Origin: an uncultured bacterium
GTDB lineage: Bacteria > Patescibacteriota > Minisyncoccia > UBA6257 > 2-01-FULL-56-20
NCBI GenBank assembly: GCA_963718575.1
Contig: OY970358.1
Location: 386,172 to 450,171 of the forward strand
DNA length: 64,000 nucleotides
Direction of reading: 5' to 3'
The notes below the pieces were generated by a model. It was not told where the DNA came from. It saw nothing but the letters and a program-made list of their open reading frames with translations, and ran no database searches. A program made the translations under genes and the position numbers. Shown one piece after another: positions 28,740 through 40,011 of this stretch. Every line of letters begins with the position of its first letter. Position 1 is the stretch's first letter.

Positions 28740-29486
28740 ATGAAGCAGACGCGATTTCTGATGGGCATGCCCATCACCGTCGAAGTTGTCGATCCGCGCG
28801 CCACGGAGGAAATTTTTAATGAAGTTTTTGATTATTTCACGCACATCGACGAAAAATTCAGCACTTATAAATCAACGAGCGAGATAAGCGCGATCAACAC
28901 CGGCACGCTCGCCGCGAGCGACGCGAGCCCGGAGATGCAAGTCGTCCTCGCGATGTGCGAAGAAACAAAACAACAGACGGGCGGATATTTCGATATTAAA
29001 ACACCGGGCGGGAAGCTTGATCCGTCCGGTCTTGTGAAGGGCTGGGCAATTTGGAATGCCGCACAACTCCTTAAGAAAAAACAGTTTGAGAATTTTTATA
29101 TCGACGCGGGCGGTGATATCCAACCGCACGGAAATAACGCGGATGGCAAAAAGTGGACGGTGGGGATCAAAAATCCGTTCAAGCAGGATGAAAATATAAA
29201 AATACTGCGCGTGAGCGACGAAGGCGTGGCCACCTCCGGCACATACATCCGCGGCAATCATATCTATAACCCGCGCGCAAGCAATCAACCCGTGAACGGC
29301 ATCGTGAGCCTTACCGTGATCGGCCCGAACATCCATGACGCCGACCGTTTTGCCACCGCCGCATTCGCGATGGGCATCGACGGCATTAAATTCATAGAAC
29401 AACTCCCCGGCTGCGAAGGATATATAATAGATACAAACGGTACCGCCACGATGACGACCAGGTTCGAAAGATATGCCATCGCGTAG
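28740..29486 (+). CDS. apbE: FAD:protein FMN transferase (ApbE family)
   Basis: The overall ApbE pattern is present: GYFDI...KGWA..., IDAGGDI, WTVGIKNP and ATSGTYIRG. Confidence 0.8.
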   Translation: MKQTRFLMGMPITVEVVDPRATEEIFNEVFDYFTHIDEKFSTYKSTSEISAINTGTLAASDASPEMQVVLAMCEETKQQTGGYFDIKTPGGKLDPSGLVKGWAIWNAAQLLKKKQFENFYIDAGGDIQPHGNNADGKKWTVGIKNPFKQDENIKILRVSDEGVATSGTYIRGNHIYNPRASNQPVNGIVSLTVIGPNIHDADRFATAAFAMGIDGIKFIEQLPGCEGYIIDTNGTATMTTRFERYAIA

Positions 29487-29513
29487 CGCTGACGCCCCTT
29501 ACATATTTTCACC

Positions 29514-31013
29514 ATGAACCTTATTGATCGATTTCTGAACAATATCACGATGTATCGCCTCGTGATGTACTACTTAATAGTCTTGCTCGCGATCGCGGCG
29601 ATCTTCGGCGCGTTCGGCATCCTCCCCTACAATCCGATCGCTATTATTTTCTCCACGCTCTTTTTGGTCGTCGTCGCGTGGGCGGCGAACGGCATCTGCG
29701 CGAAGCTTATGAACGCGCAACCGAACTCAGAATCGGTTTATATCACCGCACTGATCCTTGCGCTCATCATCACGCCGGGGATGCCGAACGACGTCGCGAC
29801 CATCACCTTCCTCGCCTGGGCGGCGATGCTCGCGATGGCATCGAAATACGTGCTCGCGATCGATAAGAAGCACATCTTCAACCCTGCGGCGTTCGCCGTG
29901 GCCGTGACCGCGCTCGCGCTCGGCCAGACGGCAAGCTGGTGGGTCGGCGGGAACATTCCCATGATGGCGTTCGTGATCGTGGGCGGCCTGCTCGTCCTGC
30001 GCAAGATCCAGCGCTTCGACCTCGCGCTCACGTTCTTCGCGTTCGCGCTTGCGAGCGACGTCGTGACGCACGCGGCCTTCGATCCGATCTCCACGATAGA
30101 GAAAGCGCTCCTCCACACTCCGCTCTTCTTCTTTGCGTCAATCATGATCACCGAGCCGCTCACCACGCCGCCGACGCGCAAATGGCGCATGGTCTACGGC
30201 GCGATCGTCGGCGCGCTCTTCTCGCCGTTCATCGCCATTGCCGGGATCAGTTCTTCGCCCGAGCTTGCGCTCCTCGTAGGCAACGTCTTCTCATATATCG
30301 TGAGCCCGAAAGGGAAACGCATACTCACGCTCAAGGAAAAGAAGGAGGCCGGCAAGGATATTTACCATTTTATATTCGCCTCCGATAAAAAATTATCGTT
30401 CCGGCCCGGACAATATCTTGAGTGGACGCTCGGTCACGATAACGTGGACGGTCGCGGCAACCGCCGCTACTTTACGATCGCCTCGGCGCCAACGGAAGAC
30501 ACAATCCAGCTCGGCGTAAGGTTTTACGAACCGTCGAGCAGTTTTAAAAAGAGATTGCTTATGCTCAAACCGGGCGACACGATCGTCGCGGGAAATCTTG
30601 CCGGCGATTTCACGCTGCCGAAAGACCCCGCGCAAAAACTGGCGTTCATCGCGGGCGGCATCGGCGTCACCCCGTTCCGCAGCATGATAAAAAACCTCAT
30701 CGATCGTGGGGAAAGGCGCGATGCGGTACTCTTCTATTCGAATCGCGCGCCGGAAGAGATTGTATATCGTGATATTTTTGATGACGCAGAGAAAAAAATA
30801 GGGATGAAGACCGTTTATACGATCACGGGCAGCGGCGCAAACGGCGGACGCCTCGACGCCGATACGATAAAAAAAGAAATCCCGGATTACCGGGAACGCA
30901 TGTTCTATATTTCGGGCACGCACGCGATGACGAATTATTTCAAAGCGATCTTGCGCGGGATGGGCGTCCCGCCCGCCCGCATTAAAACGGATTTCTTCCC
31001 AGGATTCGCGTAA
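29514..31013 (+). CDS. polytopic membrane domain fused to a ferredoxin-NADP reductase-like FAD/NAD(P)-binding oxidoreductase domain
   Basis: About 280 aa with 7-8 TM helices are followed by RRYFTIASAP (the RxYS FAD motif) and GGIGVTPF (the NAD(P)-binding motif). Confidence 0.6.
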   Translation: MNLIDRFLNNITMYRLVMYYLIVLLAIAAIFGAFGILPYNPIAIIFSTLFLVVVAWAANGICAKLMNAQPNSESVYITALILALIITPGMPNDVATITFLAWAAMLAMASKYVLAIDKKHIFNPAAFAVAVTALALGQTASWWVGGNIPMMAFVIVGGLLVLRKIQRFDLALTFFAFALASDVVTHAAFDPISTIEKALLHTPLFFFASIMITEPLTTPPTRKWRMVYGAIVGALFSPFIAIAGISSSPELALLVGNVFSYIVSPKGKRILTLKEKKEAGKDIYHFIFASDKKLSFRPGQYLEWTLGHDNVDGRGNRRYFTIASAPTEDTIQLGVRFYEPSSSFKKRLLMLKPGDTIVAGNLAGDFTLPKDPAQKLAFIAGGIGVTPFRSMIKNLIDRGERRDAVLFYSNRAPEEIVYRDIFDDAEKKIGMKTVYTITGSGANGGRLDADTIKKEIPDYRERMFYISGTHAMTNYFKAILRGMGVPPARIKTDFFPGFA

Positions 31014-31521
31014 CGCTCGGAGGCTGGCTCTCGCTCATGATCAGTTCCTCTGACGCCGGGACGATCCAGTCGCCAAGCAGCTTTAAAAACTCCTCTCGGC
31101 GCGGTTCCTGCCCGACTTTCTTCATATGCCACTTCGGATGGCTCTCCGGCGTGTATTCGTAATGCCCGCGCACTTCCCCATCCTTAAAGATGCGAAGGTG
31201 ATATTGATGTTCAAAGTCCACCGGCTTGCGGAGACTTACCACCTCGTCGTCATCCCGTAGTGCCACGAAGTGATTGCATATCTGCTTGCCCTCGAGGTAT
31301 TTAACGAAATCCTCCATGTTCCGTCCGGGGGCAAGATGTCCCAAAAGGTAATTTTGCCTCCCCTCGTGATGAAGAATACCAAGGGACAATAAAATATCCC
31401 TGCCGGTGCCATGCACGGGATAGATGGCCTTCCAAAAAACGTACTTCGACCGGTTCCGGAATCCTTTCGGATAGGGCAGAACTGAGTCGGGGATGCTCTG
31501 CCTAAGGGCTGTTTCGTCCAT
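30982..31521 (-). CDS. hypothetical protein
   Basis: A 179-aa ORF with no recognisable motif. Its 3' end overlaps the previous gene convergently by 32 nt. Confidence 0.4.
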   Translation of the reverse strand: MDETALRQSIPDSVLPYPKGFRNRSKYVFWKAIYPVHGTGRDILLSLGILHHEGRQNYLLGHLAPGRNMEDFVKYLEGKQICNHFVALRDDDEVVSLRKPVDFEHQYHLRIFKDGEVRGHYEYTPESHPKWHMKKVGQEPRREEFLKLLGDWIVPASEELIMSESQPPSVTRILGRNPF

Positions 31522-31627
31522 AAATTAGCTATATATCTCTATACATCCAGCGGATAAGCTATCCAGACCAGTATAGCATATCGATGCCTTTATTGCTATT
31601 AACCCGGGAAAAAGCTACTCTTCGGGG

Positions 31628-32071
31628 ATGAACAAATTCAAAAAGCCATACGGCGCACGAACAAGCGGCAGCCGACCGGAAAGTCGCGGAGGAGCCCGCC
31701 CCCCAAGCCATTCGCGGTTCGGCGCTCACGCCTCGGCGCGGCCGGGCTTTGGCGCACGCAGCCCCCGCTCGGAAGCCTTTCAGAAATTCGATGCAACATG
31801 CAGTAACTGCGGCAAGAAGTGCCAGGTCCCCTTCCGCCCGGACGGCACGAAGCCGGTCTACTGCAAAGACTGCTTTGGCGTCCCGCGCGAGGCGCCGAAG
31901 GGCAAGGGATCCTCTACGGCAAGCACTCCGCGCTTTGCGGATGGCGCGACGGGAACGAGCCCGGCCGGCGGCAAGAGCATCGCCGACCTCACGCGCCAGA
32001 TCGCCGCGATGAACACCAAGATCGACACTATGTTGAAGCTATTGCAGAACGATAGCGCAGGAGAAGAATAA
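31628..32071 (+). CDS. Arg/Gly-rich protein with a CxxC-x17-CxxC zinc ribbon
   Basis: CSNCGKKCQVPFRPDGTKPVYCKDCF is zf-trcl-like. The N-terminus is low complexity (RGG/RP-rich). Confidence 0.45.
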   Translation: MNKFKKPYGARTSGSRPESRGGARPPSHSRFGAHASARPGFGARSPRSEAFQKFDATCSNCGKKCQVPFRPDGTKPVYCKDCFGVPREAPKGKGSSTASTPRFADGATGTSPAGGKSIADLTRQIAAMNTKIDTMLKLLQNDSAGEE

Positions 32072-32104
32072 TTTTCGCCGCGCACAGGCGGGGCGACCAT
32101 CACC

Positions 32105-32671
32105 ATGCACATCACTTCGGCAAAATTTATGCGGGGCGTGAACGGCACCGACGATCTATTGTCTGACGGCACGCCGCAGGTTGCGCTCATCGGCCGATCG
32201 AACGTCGGCAAATCAAGTATCATCAACTCGCTCACCCGGGAAAAGGCGCTCGCACGCACGAGCGATACGCCCGGCCTCACGCAGGAGATCAACGTCTATT
32301 CCATCAATAATAAGTTCTATCTGCTCGACCTGCCCGGATACGGGTTCGCAAAAGTGCCGGAGCGGATCCGCGAGAGCCTTCAAAAGCTGAACTGGTGGTA
32401 TCTTTTTGATTCGGATCACGTTCAGCATCGCGCGGTGCTCGTGCTCGACGCGAACGTCGGCCCGTCAAAGAACGACCTCGAGATGCTTGCACTCCTGCGC
32501 GAACACCAAAAACCGCTCGTCATCGTGGCGAACAAAATCGATAAAATAAAATCCTCCGACTACGAAGCACGACTGGCGGTGATCACGGGTCTCGCGCATG
32601 GCGCGCCCGTAATCCCCTATTCTTCGAAAACCGGCCGGGGCATGGAAGAATTGGTGAACGCGATATTCTAG
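32105..32671 (+). CDS. engB: ribosome biogenesis GTP-binding protein YihA/YsxC
   Basis: G1 is GRSNVGKSSIINSL, G3 is DLPGYG and G4 is NKID. Confidence 0.85.
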   Translation: MHITSAKFMRGVNGTDDLLSDGTPQVALIGRSNVGKSSIINSLTREKALARTSDTPGLTQEINVYSINNKFYLLDLPGYGFAKVPERIRESLQKLNWWYLFDSDHVQHRAVLVLDANVGPSKNDLEMLALLREHQKPLVIVANKIDKIKSSDYEARLAVITGLAHGAPVIPYSSKTGRGMEELVNAIF

Positions 32672-32739
32672 ACGTTTGGCGAAAAATAAAAGGCCGTTTC
32701 AAGCATAAGCTTGGCGTGCCTTAAAACCATCGAGGGATA

Positions 32740-33210
32740 TTACGAATTACGCAAGTGATGCTTCCGAAACGGCCTCAGCGTGTCCGGGTTGATGCCTCCG
32801 TCAGACAGCTCTTTGCGCCGGACGAATACCGGGAATTTCCCTTCCAGCACATGGCAACTGTCATCGTAGGCGACCTTACCCCGACGCTTCGTTCTCCATG
32901 TGATCATTTGCCAATAGGTGGTAGTCGGACGAATGCCGATTATCGGGGGCAAAGGCAGATCAGAGGCATTGTCAAAAAAGACCTCTCCTTCTCGCAACTC
33001 TGGATGAGGATTGCAGAAACCCGACTGGGGGGTTGGGGTCAGCCGGGAAAAATCTTTCCATGCCGGAGCCTGCCATATTTTGGGGGAAAAGCGCGGACTA
33101 TACCTATAGATCGCACCCCCTGCCACGACAACAAGCAAAGAAGCTATGAACAACCAACGAAGTCTCATTCGGCACGCTCCTCGAATTCCTTTCTGCTTAT
33201 AATAAAGCAA
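32740..33210 (-). CDS. hypothetical membrane-anchored protein
   Basis: The ORF has an N-terminal hydrophobic segment (WLFIASLLVVVAGGAI). The start is uncertain. Confidence 0.35.
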   Translation of the reverse strand: MLYYKQKGIRGACRMRLRWLFIASLLVVVAGGAIYRYSPRFSPKIWQAPAWKDFSRLTPTPQSGFCNPHPELREGEVFFDNASDLPLPPIIGIRPTTTYWQMITWRTKRRGKVAYDDSCHVLEGKFPVFVRRKELSDGGINPDTLRPFRKHHLRNS

Positions 33211-33300
33211 TAAAAAGGCGGCGTGTCAATTGCGGAGGCTCCTGAACGACGTTCGAACCGCTAGCCTAGCCCTCGCAGGAGTTCACCAGGGTTACTGGGT

Positions 33301-33735
33301 TCATCCGGCTCCCATATGCCGATCGCATTTCTTGCATAAACCATAGAATTCTAAAGCGTGCTCGGTAATCTTCGCAAAATGCTTTGAGGAACGGAGTACT
33401 TTTGTTTGCATCTCCTCGAGGCCGCAGTGGTGTACGTCCTCCACTTTGCCGCATTGAATACAAATGAGATGATGGTGCTCGGCAAGATTTGCGAGCTCGT
33501 AGTGCACGTGATTGTGTCGCAGATCGATAGGGACGATAATGCCTTTTTCCTTGAGCGATTTTACGCTTCGGTATACCGTTGCCCGGTCGAGGTCTCCCGC
33601 AAGCACCTCGAAGATCGCTTGTGCGCTCATGGGCTTTTTCGCTTTCTTTAGCGTCCCAAGAATGGCAATCCTCGCCGACGTGGCTTTAAAGCCGCTTTTT
33701 CGAAGAATTTGTCTGGATTCCTGTTCTGTCGCCAT
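33301..33735 (-). CDS. fur: Fur family transcriptional regulator (Fur/Zur/PerR)
   Basis: A winged-helix N-terminus is followed by HHHLICIQCGKVEDV and a C-terminal CKKC metal site. Confidence 0.8.
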   Translation of the reverse strand: MATEQESRQILRKSGFKATSARIAILGTLKKAKKPMSAQAIFEVLAGDLDRATVYRSVKSLKEKGIIVPIDLRHNHVHYELANLAEHHHLICIQCGKVEDVHHCGLEEMQTKVLRSSKHFAKITEHALEFYGLCKKCDRHMGAG

Positions 33736-33854
33736 AATACTATGATATTCTAATTGCGACTTATTTGCAAATAAATTGACGTATCGGCCTCCAAGCTCGA
33801 TGATGGATATACTGGCTCATCAAGGCCAGCAAATAGCTCTTTGGAGGAAACAAC

Positions 33855-34247
33855 ATGTCATATCCCTCTGTGGCAGCAGTTCTCACAGAACGAAGGATCG
33901 ACCTTGATACCGCAGACGACGCCGAACTTGAAAACGTACTCAAAGAGGCATTCGGCCGCGACCTCAGTGTCGGAGTTTCGTATCTTAAGCAGGTCGCGGA
34001 TACCGTGAAGCGGACGGGGAAGCGCGTTCTTGAGGCGGAAGATCCCAATTCGGCAGTCGGCAAACAGTTGATCCGTCTTCTGGGATCTGACATCGCCCGC
34101 GGCATTCTTAAACGGGATCTGGGCGTCGCCTTCGGGTTTTACAATTGCTGCGGCATTGTCGCGGCCCCTACCCAGGAAGAGTTGCGCATGACTATGCGCG
34201 AACAGATCATGCTCCAGAACGGAATGCTCGCATCGGCAGATTGTTAG
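33855..34247 (+). CDS. hypothetical protein
   Basis: A 130-aa ORF with no recognisable motif. It competes with an antisense ORF at 33761..34105. Confidence 0.3.
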   Translation: MSYPSVAAVLTERRIDLDTADDAELENVLKEAFGRDLSVGVSYLKQVADTVKRTGKRVLEAEDPNSAVGKQLIRLLGSDIARGILKRDLGVAFGFYNCCGIVAAPTQEELRMTMREQIMLQNGMLASADC

Positions 34248-34254
34248 CCAATCG

Positions 34255-34716
34255 GTGCCCGATCCCATCCGGGTCGGGCACCACAACTTTATCTATTCCA
34301 TGAATCAAAACATGCAAATGATTTTCAACCTTATTATGACCGGTCTCATCATTGGAAGTTTTGCAGTGATCTGGCGAAAATTATTGAATGACCTACCACA
34401 GCTCCGCGAAGGTATTAAAACGCATATCCCCTACCCTCTAAGCCGAGCGTTGACGTGCGGCTTCTGCTTCACGTATTGGTTCTCGCTTGGCTCGCTTATT
34501 ATTTTCAATCCATTGAACGGCTGGCTCCCGCCTATGCAACCGATTATTCCATCAATGCTCGGTCCGTCTATTTATCTTTCCGTTTCATGGATGTTGCTGG
34601 GTTTTATCGCACTCTTATGGCGATCGCTTTTCGTGATGATTCAGGAATTTATCGATTACGAAATGTATGTTTGGAACAAACAATTCCATCCGATCGATTC
34701 AAATCATACGCACTGA
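34255..34716 (+). CDS. membrane protein (DUF1360-like, CGFCFTYW motif)
   Basis: It has 3-4 TM helices and a conserved-looking LTCGFCFTYWFS. Confidence 0.35.
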   Translation: MPDPIRVGHHNFIYSMNQNMQMIFNLIMTGLIIGSFAVIWRKLLNDLPQLREGIKTHIPYPLSRALTCGFCFTYWFSLGSLIIFNPLNGWLPPMQPIIPSMLGPSIYLSVSWMLLGFIALLWRSLFVMIQEFIDYEMYVWNKQFHPIDSNHTH

Positions 34717-34743
34717 CATATTCGCGAATAGGATCGCAAAGTT

Positions 34744-35619
34744 TTAGGCGGAACCCTTCATCGGAACCAGTATAAGGGGCAGAACAAACAACACCAACAC
34801 CGGAGCTGAATTGGGATCGGTCGCAGCCCCAAACGGGAAGGTCATGATCCCTCCGAAATATTGTCCAACCCACCATATAGCCAAAAGAAAGGCGAGCGCA
34901 ATCCATCCAATTATTCTATTTGGAAGCGCTACGAGAAAAATCCCGATACAAAGAAGCGCGTCGAATGCAATAATATTGCCGAGCATGGTTCCCTGGCCGC
35001 CAAACCTGCCTAGCCACCCCGATACGCGAGGGATCGCTGAAAGCATGGAAAGCATCGTCGGCTGCCAGAACATCGGCATCAGATTGAGGGCTGCTCCTAA
35101 AATAAAAACGATTCCCGCGACGAGCGGCAGGGAGTCAATACTATCCGGCTTGTCCTGCGCCCGAATGAGAAATAGGGCCAGAAGAAGATATAACAACGCA
35201 GATCCCGGAGCGCCGGTATAGAAAGATGCCGAACCGGTAAAAAGAAGGCCCAATCCTTCTCCGAAGATCCAGATGATAAAAGCCCATACGATCGATGTCC
35301 ACAGTGCCACGCGGAGAACTTTTTTATCTCGAGATAATAGAAGCGCCGCCCCGATGCAAAGTTGTATGAGAGCCGAAAGAAGATTCGCCAAAAAAAGATG
35401 GGTGCTGAATATTTGAATGCCGGATGCGATAATTCGTTCTATGATGACCGGCTGGCTTTGTAAATTTGGGGCAAGCACATTATTTACGAATACAGCCGTG
35501 AACATGGAAGGTTGTAATTGAAGCACGCCATCGACCACCCAAAAACAACCAAGGGCAATCGTTATAAATTGGATAAGCCTATCGCGCCGTTCCCCCATTT
35601 CTTTATTGTACTTCATCAT
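34744..35619 (-). CDS. polytopic integral membrane protein, unknown function
   Basis: About 8 hydrophobic helices. The start was chosen at MMKYNKEM. Confidence 0.45.
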   Translation of the reverse strand: MMKYNKEMGERRDRLIQFITIALGCFWVVDGVLQLQPSMFTAVFVNNVLAPNLQSQPVIIERIIASGIQIFSTHLFLANLLSALIQLCIGAALLLSRDKKVLRVALWTSIVWAFIIWIFGEGLGLLFTGSASFYTGAPGSALLYLLLALFLIRAQDKPDSIDSLPLVAGIVFILGAALNLMPMFWQPTMLSMLSAIPRVSGWLGRFGGQGTMLGNIIAFDALLCIGIFLVALPNRIIGWIALAFLLAIWWVGQYFGGIMTFPFGAATDPNSAPVLVLFVLPLILVPMKGSA

Positions 35620-35736
35620 AAACTTTATCTCTCCTTCCCGGAGAGTGCTGACGCCAGAAAAATATCCTGCGAACAACCCAGATGGCACTTCGATGTTACC
35701 GAAGTTCGATTGAGAAAAATCTTGTCAACCTTGACG

Positions 35737-35821
35737 CGGAGAAGGAGGGATTCGAACCCTCGGTACCTTTCGGTACACAGTCTTTCCAGGACTGCCGTTT
35801 AAACCACTCACGCACCTCTCC
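35737..35821 (-). tRNA. tRNA-Ser (anticodon GGA), CCA not encoded
   Basis: A manual cloverleaf fold shows acceptor GGAGAGG/CTTCTCC, anticodon stem CAGTC/GACTG with loop CTGGAAA, a long variable arm GTACC-GAAA-GGTAC and T-arm GAGGG-TTCGAAT-CCCTC. Confidence 0.85.
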
Positions 35822-35864
35822 AGATGCTTCCTATACTCCGATGATAGTACCCTTAAACTCCTTT

Positions 35865-36062
35865 CTATTCAAGAACGTTCGCTTTAATTGAGCTTGTTTT
35901 GGCAAAAATATTTCGGGAGCAAAAAAGCACCTCTATTCCCAGAATCCCATTGTTCTTATCATAATCAACCAAATAGTCTCCATTCTTTTTGGTTTTTGCC
36001 ACAGCGCCTTCGCTTATTTTTATATAAAGCGCATCCGCTTCTGAATCATATTTTATATCCAT
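35865..36062 (-). CDS. DUF2283-family small protein (antitoxin-like partner)
   Basis: MDIKYDSEADALYIKISEG is the DUF2283 signature. Confidence 0.5.
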   Translation of the reverse strand: MDIKYDSEADALYIKISEGAVAKTKKNGDYLVDYDKNNGILGIEVLFCSRNIFAKTSSIKANVLE

Positions 36063-36069
36063 AGTGTTT

Positions 36070-36252
36070 TTATTCTTCATATACGGTGACGACGAGTATT
36101 TTACCAAATCCTTTTATATAATATATCACAACTAATGGTTGCTTGTTATTACGATATCGCTTTGCAATCATTGCCCCGCCGTGTGTCGGTTCGCTCATTC
36201 CATGCCTGAGAGCATCCTCAACGTCTTGCTTCGTAATCTCTCTCTTATGCAA
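36070..36252 (-). CDS. DUF4258-family small protein (toxin-like partner)
   Basis: A 60-aa ORF lying immediately upstream of the DUF2283 gene in the conserved pair arrangement. Confidence 0.45.
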   Translation of the reverse strand: MHKREITKQDVEDALRHGMSEPTHGGAMIAKRYRNNKQPLVVIYYIKGFGKILVVTVYEE

Positions 36253-36347
36253 TCAATAAAGCGCATGTTCGGTATATCTTATTTTCATATAGTACCACCA
36301 TTGATACCATAGAGGGCATTAAAAGGATCTTAAAGAAAATCGTCTGC

Positions 36348-37256
36348 CTATCCCGCAATTTCCTGCAACGCCTTGATGCGCTGCTCGATCGGCGGATGCG
36401 TCGCAAAGAGCGTGTGCCACCACGAGGCGCCCTTGCCCTTGAACGGCGTGTCGAGCCACATGTGCGCGGTAGAATCCTTTGCGGACGCCATCGGCGTCTC
36501 GTCGAGCTGGATCTTTTGCAGTGCGGAGATGAGCCCTTCCGGATAACGCGTGAGCAATACGCCCGATGCGTCCGCGAGCGCCTCGCGGCGGCGCGAGATT
36601 GCAAGCTGGATCAGCATCGTACCGATCGGCGCGAGGATAGAGAGCACGATCGCGGCGATGAAGAATATTTCCTGCGCTTCGCCGTTGCCCCGCCCGCGTC
36701 CGCCGCCGAACCCGCCGAATATGAGCGAGCGCAGGAAGACGTCCGCGATGAGCGCGATGATGCCGGCGAGGATCGCAGCCACCGTCGAGACGAGGATATC
36801 ACGATTGCCCACGTGCGAAAGCTCGTGCGCAAGCACGCCCTGCAATTCATCTTTATTCAATCTCTGCAACGCGCCCTGCGTGACCGCCACCGCCGCGTGC
36901 TGTGGATCGCGGCCCGTCGCAAACGCGTTGATCTGCAGCTCTGGCGTGATGTACAGCTTCGGCATCGGAAGCCCGGCGGTGATCGTCAGATTCTCCACCA
37001 AATTGTAGAGCATCGGATTATCCGCTTTCTGGATTTCCTTCGCCTTTGCGAGCCCGAGCGCGATCGACGCCGACGAATAATAGCTGACCAGCGAATACAC
37101 GATACAAAAGATCGCCGCGAAGACGAGGATGCTCGGATCGCCGTAATAGACCGAGATAAAATAGCCGAGTCCGAGGAACACGATAAAGAATACGATGAAC
37201 AGCATCCACGTGCGCCGGATGTTCGACGATTGAAGTGTGTAGAGATTAACAGCCAT
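36348..37256 (-). CDS. htpX: zinc metalloprotease HtpX (peptidase M48)
   Basis: Two N-terminal TM helices and HELSHVGNRD (HExxH) are present at the size typical of HtpX. Confidence 0.85.
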   Translation of the reverse strand: MAVNLYTLQSSNIRRTWMLFIVFFIVFLGLGYFISVYYGDPSILVFAAIFCIVYSLVSYYSSASIALGLAKAKEIQKADNPMLYNLVENLTITAGLPMPKLYITPELQINAFATGRDPQHAAVAVTQGALQRLNKDELQGVLAHELSHVGNRDILVSTVAAILAGIIALIADVFLRSLIFGGFGGGRGRGNGEAQEIFFIAAIVLSILAPIGTMLIQLAISRRREALADASGVLLTRYPEGLISALQKIQLDETPMASAKDSTAHMWLDTPFKGKGASWWHTLFATHPPIEQRIKALQEIAG

Positions 37257-37276
37257 TCTTTTTTATATCAGTTTAA

Positions 37277-37410
37277 GCGGAGAAGCAGCCGGTTGCCAAC
37301 GAACTAAACAATGATGGGGTACATGTTTTCGGAGCAATTAATCCTCCTTGTTTCGAAAACATGTACCCCATCATTGTTTAGAACTTGACCGCAACCGGCT
37401 GCTTCTCCGC
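37277..37410. repeat. 134-bp imperfect palindrome (arms 20+27 bp, internal 8/10-nt bubble, 22-nt loop) overlapping the 3' end of lemA
   Basis: The left arm 37277-37331 is the reverse complement of the right arm 37354-37410 except at caacgaac versus gaacttgacc. The right arm encodes the last 12 codons of lemA. Confidence 0.85.
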
Positions 37411-37926
37411 GTCCGTCAGATCATTGCCGAAGAAATCCATCTTGGTGAAGCCCATCATGTTCGCGAAGATATTCGTCGGGAAGACCTGGAGTTTCGTGTT
37501 GAAGTCGCGGACCATGCCGTTATAGAACCGGCGGGCGGCCTGGATCTTGTCTTCCGTATCGGTCAGCTGGTCCTGGAGTGAAAGGAAATTCTGATTCGCC
37601 TTGAGGTCCGGATAATTTTCCGCGACGGCGAAAAGGGACTTAAGCGTCGAAGAAAGCTGGTTCTCCGCACCTGCACGATCGGTGCCGGTCGCCTGCATGG
37701 CCTGCGAGCGGGCCTTCGTCACGTCCTCGAACACCGTCTTCTCGTGCGAAGCATAGCCCTGTACGGTCGAAACCAGGTTCGGGATAAGGTCGTAGCGGCG
37801 CTTGAGCTGAACGTCGATGTCCGAAAACGCCTCCTGCGTGCGATTGCGCGAAGTAACAAGCCCGTTGTAGGCCAGCACGAGCCACAAGAGAATAAGAACA
37901 ACTACCGCAAGAATTATCCAGGTCAT
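37378..37926 (-). CDS. lemA: LemA family protein
   Basis: A single N-terminal TM helix is followed by a conserved LemA domain ([25 protein letters not shown]). Confidence 0.8.
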   Translation of the reverse strand: MTWIILAVVVLILLWLVLAYNGLVTSRNRTQEAFSDIDVQLKRRYDLIPNLVSTVQGYASHEKTVFEDVTKARSQAMQATGTDRAGAENQLSSTLKSLFAVAENYPDLKANQNFLSLQDQLTDTEDKIQAARRFYNGMVRDFNTKLQVFPTNIFANMMGFTKMDFFGNDLTDAEKQPVAVKF

Positions 37927-37974
37927 GATGGTATTGTACCAATCTATACGAGTTAGAGCAATTGATAGTTGCTA

Positions 37975-39926
<1,952 letters not shown>

Positions 39927-39940
39927 GGTATTTGAATAAT

Positions 39941-39967
39941 TTAGCACTCGGGACTAGTGAGTGCCAA
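39941..39967. promoter_or_regulatory. CIRCE operator (HrcA binding site) upstream of groES
   Basis: TTAGCACTC-gggactagt-GAGTGCCAA matches the consensus TTAGCACTC-N9-GAGTGCTAA at 17/18 positions. Confidence 0.88.
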
Positions 39968-39972
39968 TAGGA

Positions 39973-40000
39973 ATTATAGGGCAAAAAAAATACCCGTCAA
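39973..40000 (-). promoter_or_regulatory. sigma70-like groESL promoter TTGACG-N16-TATAAT (minus strand) immediately upstream of CIRCE
   Basis: On the minus strand the -35 is ttgacg (40000-39995) and the -10 is tataat (39978-39973). Confidence 0.55.
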
Positions 40001-40011
40001 GCGGGCAGTTT

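Noticed and set aside
36396-37307. 303-aa plus-strand ORF rich in Arg/Asp/Glu
   Set aside because: It is antisense to htpX, which has the HExxH motif.
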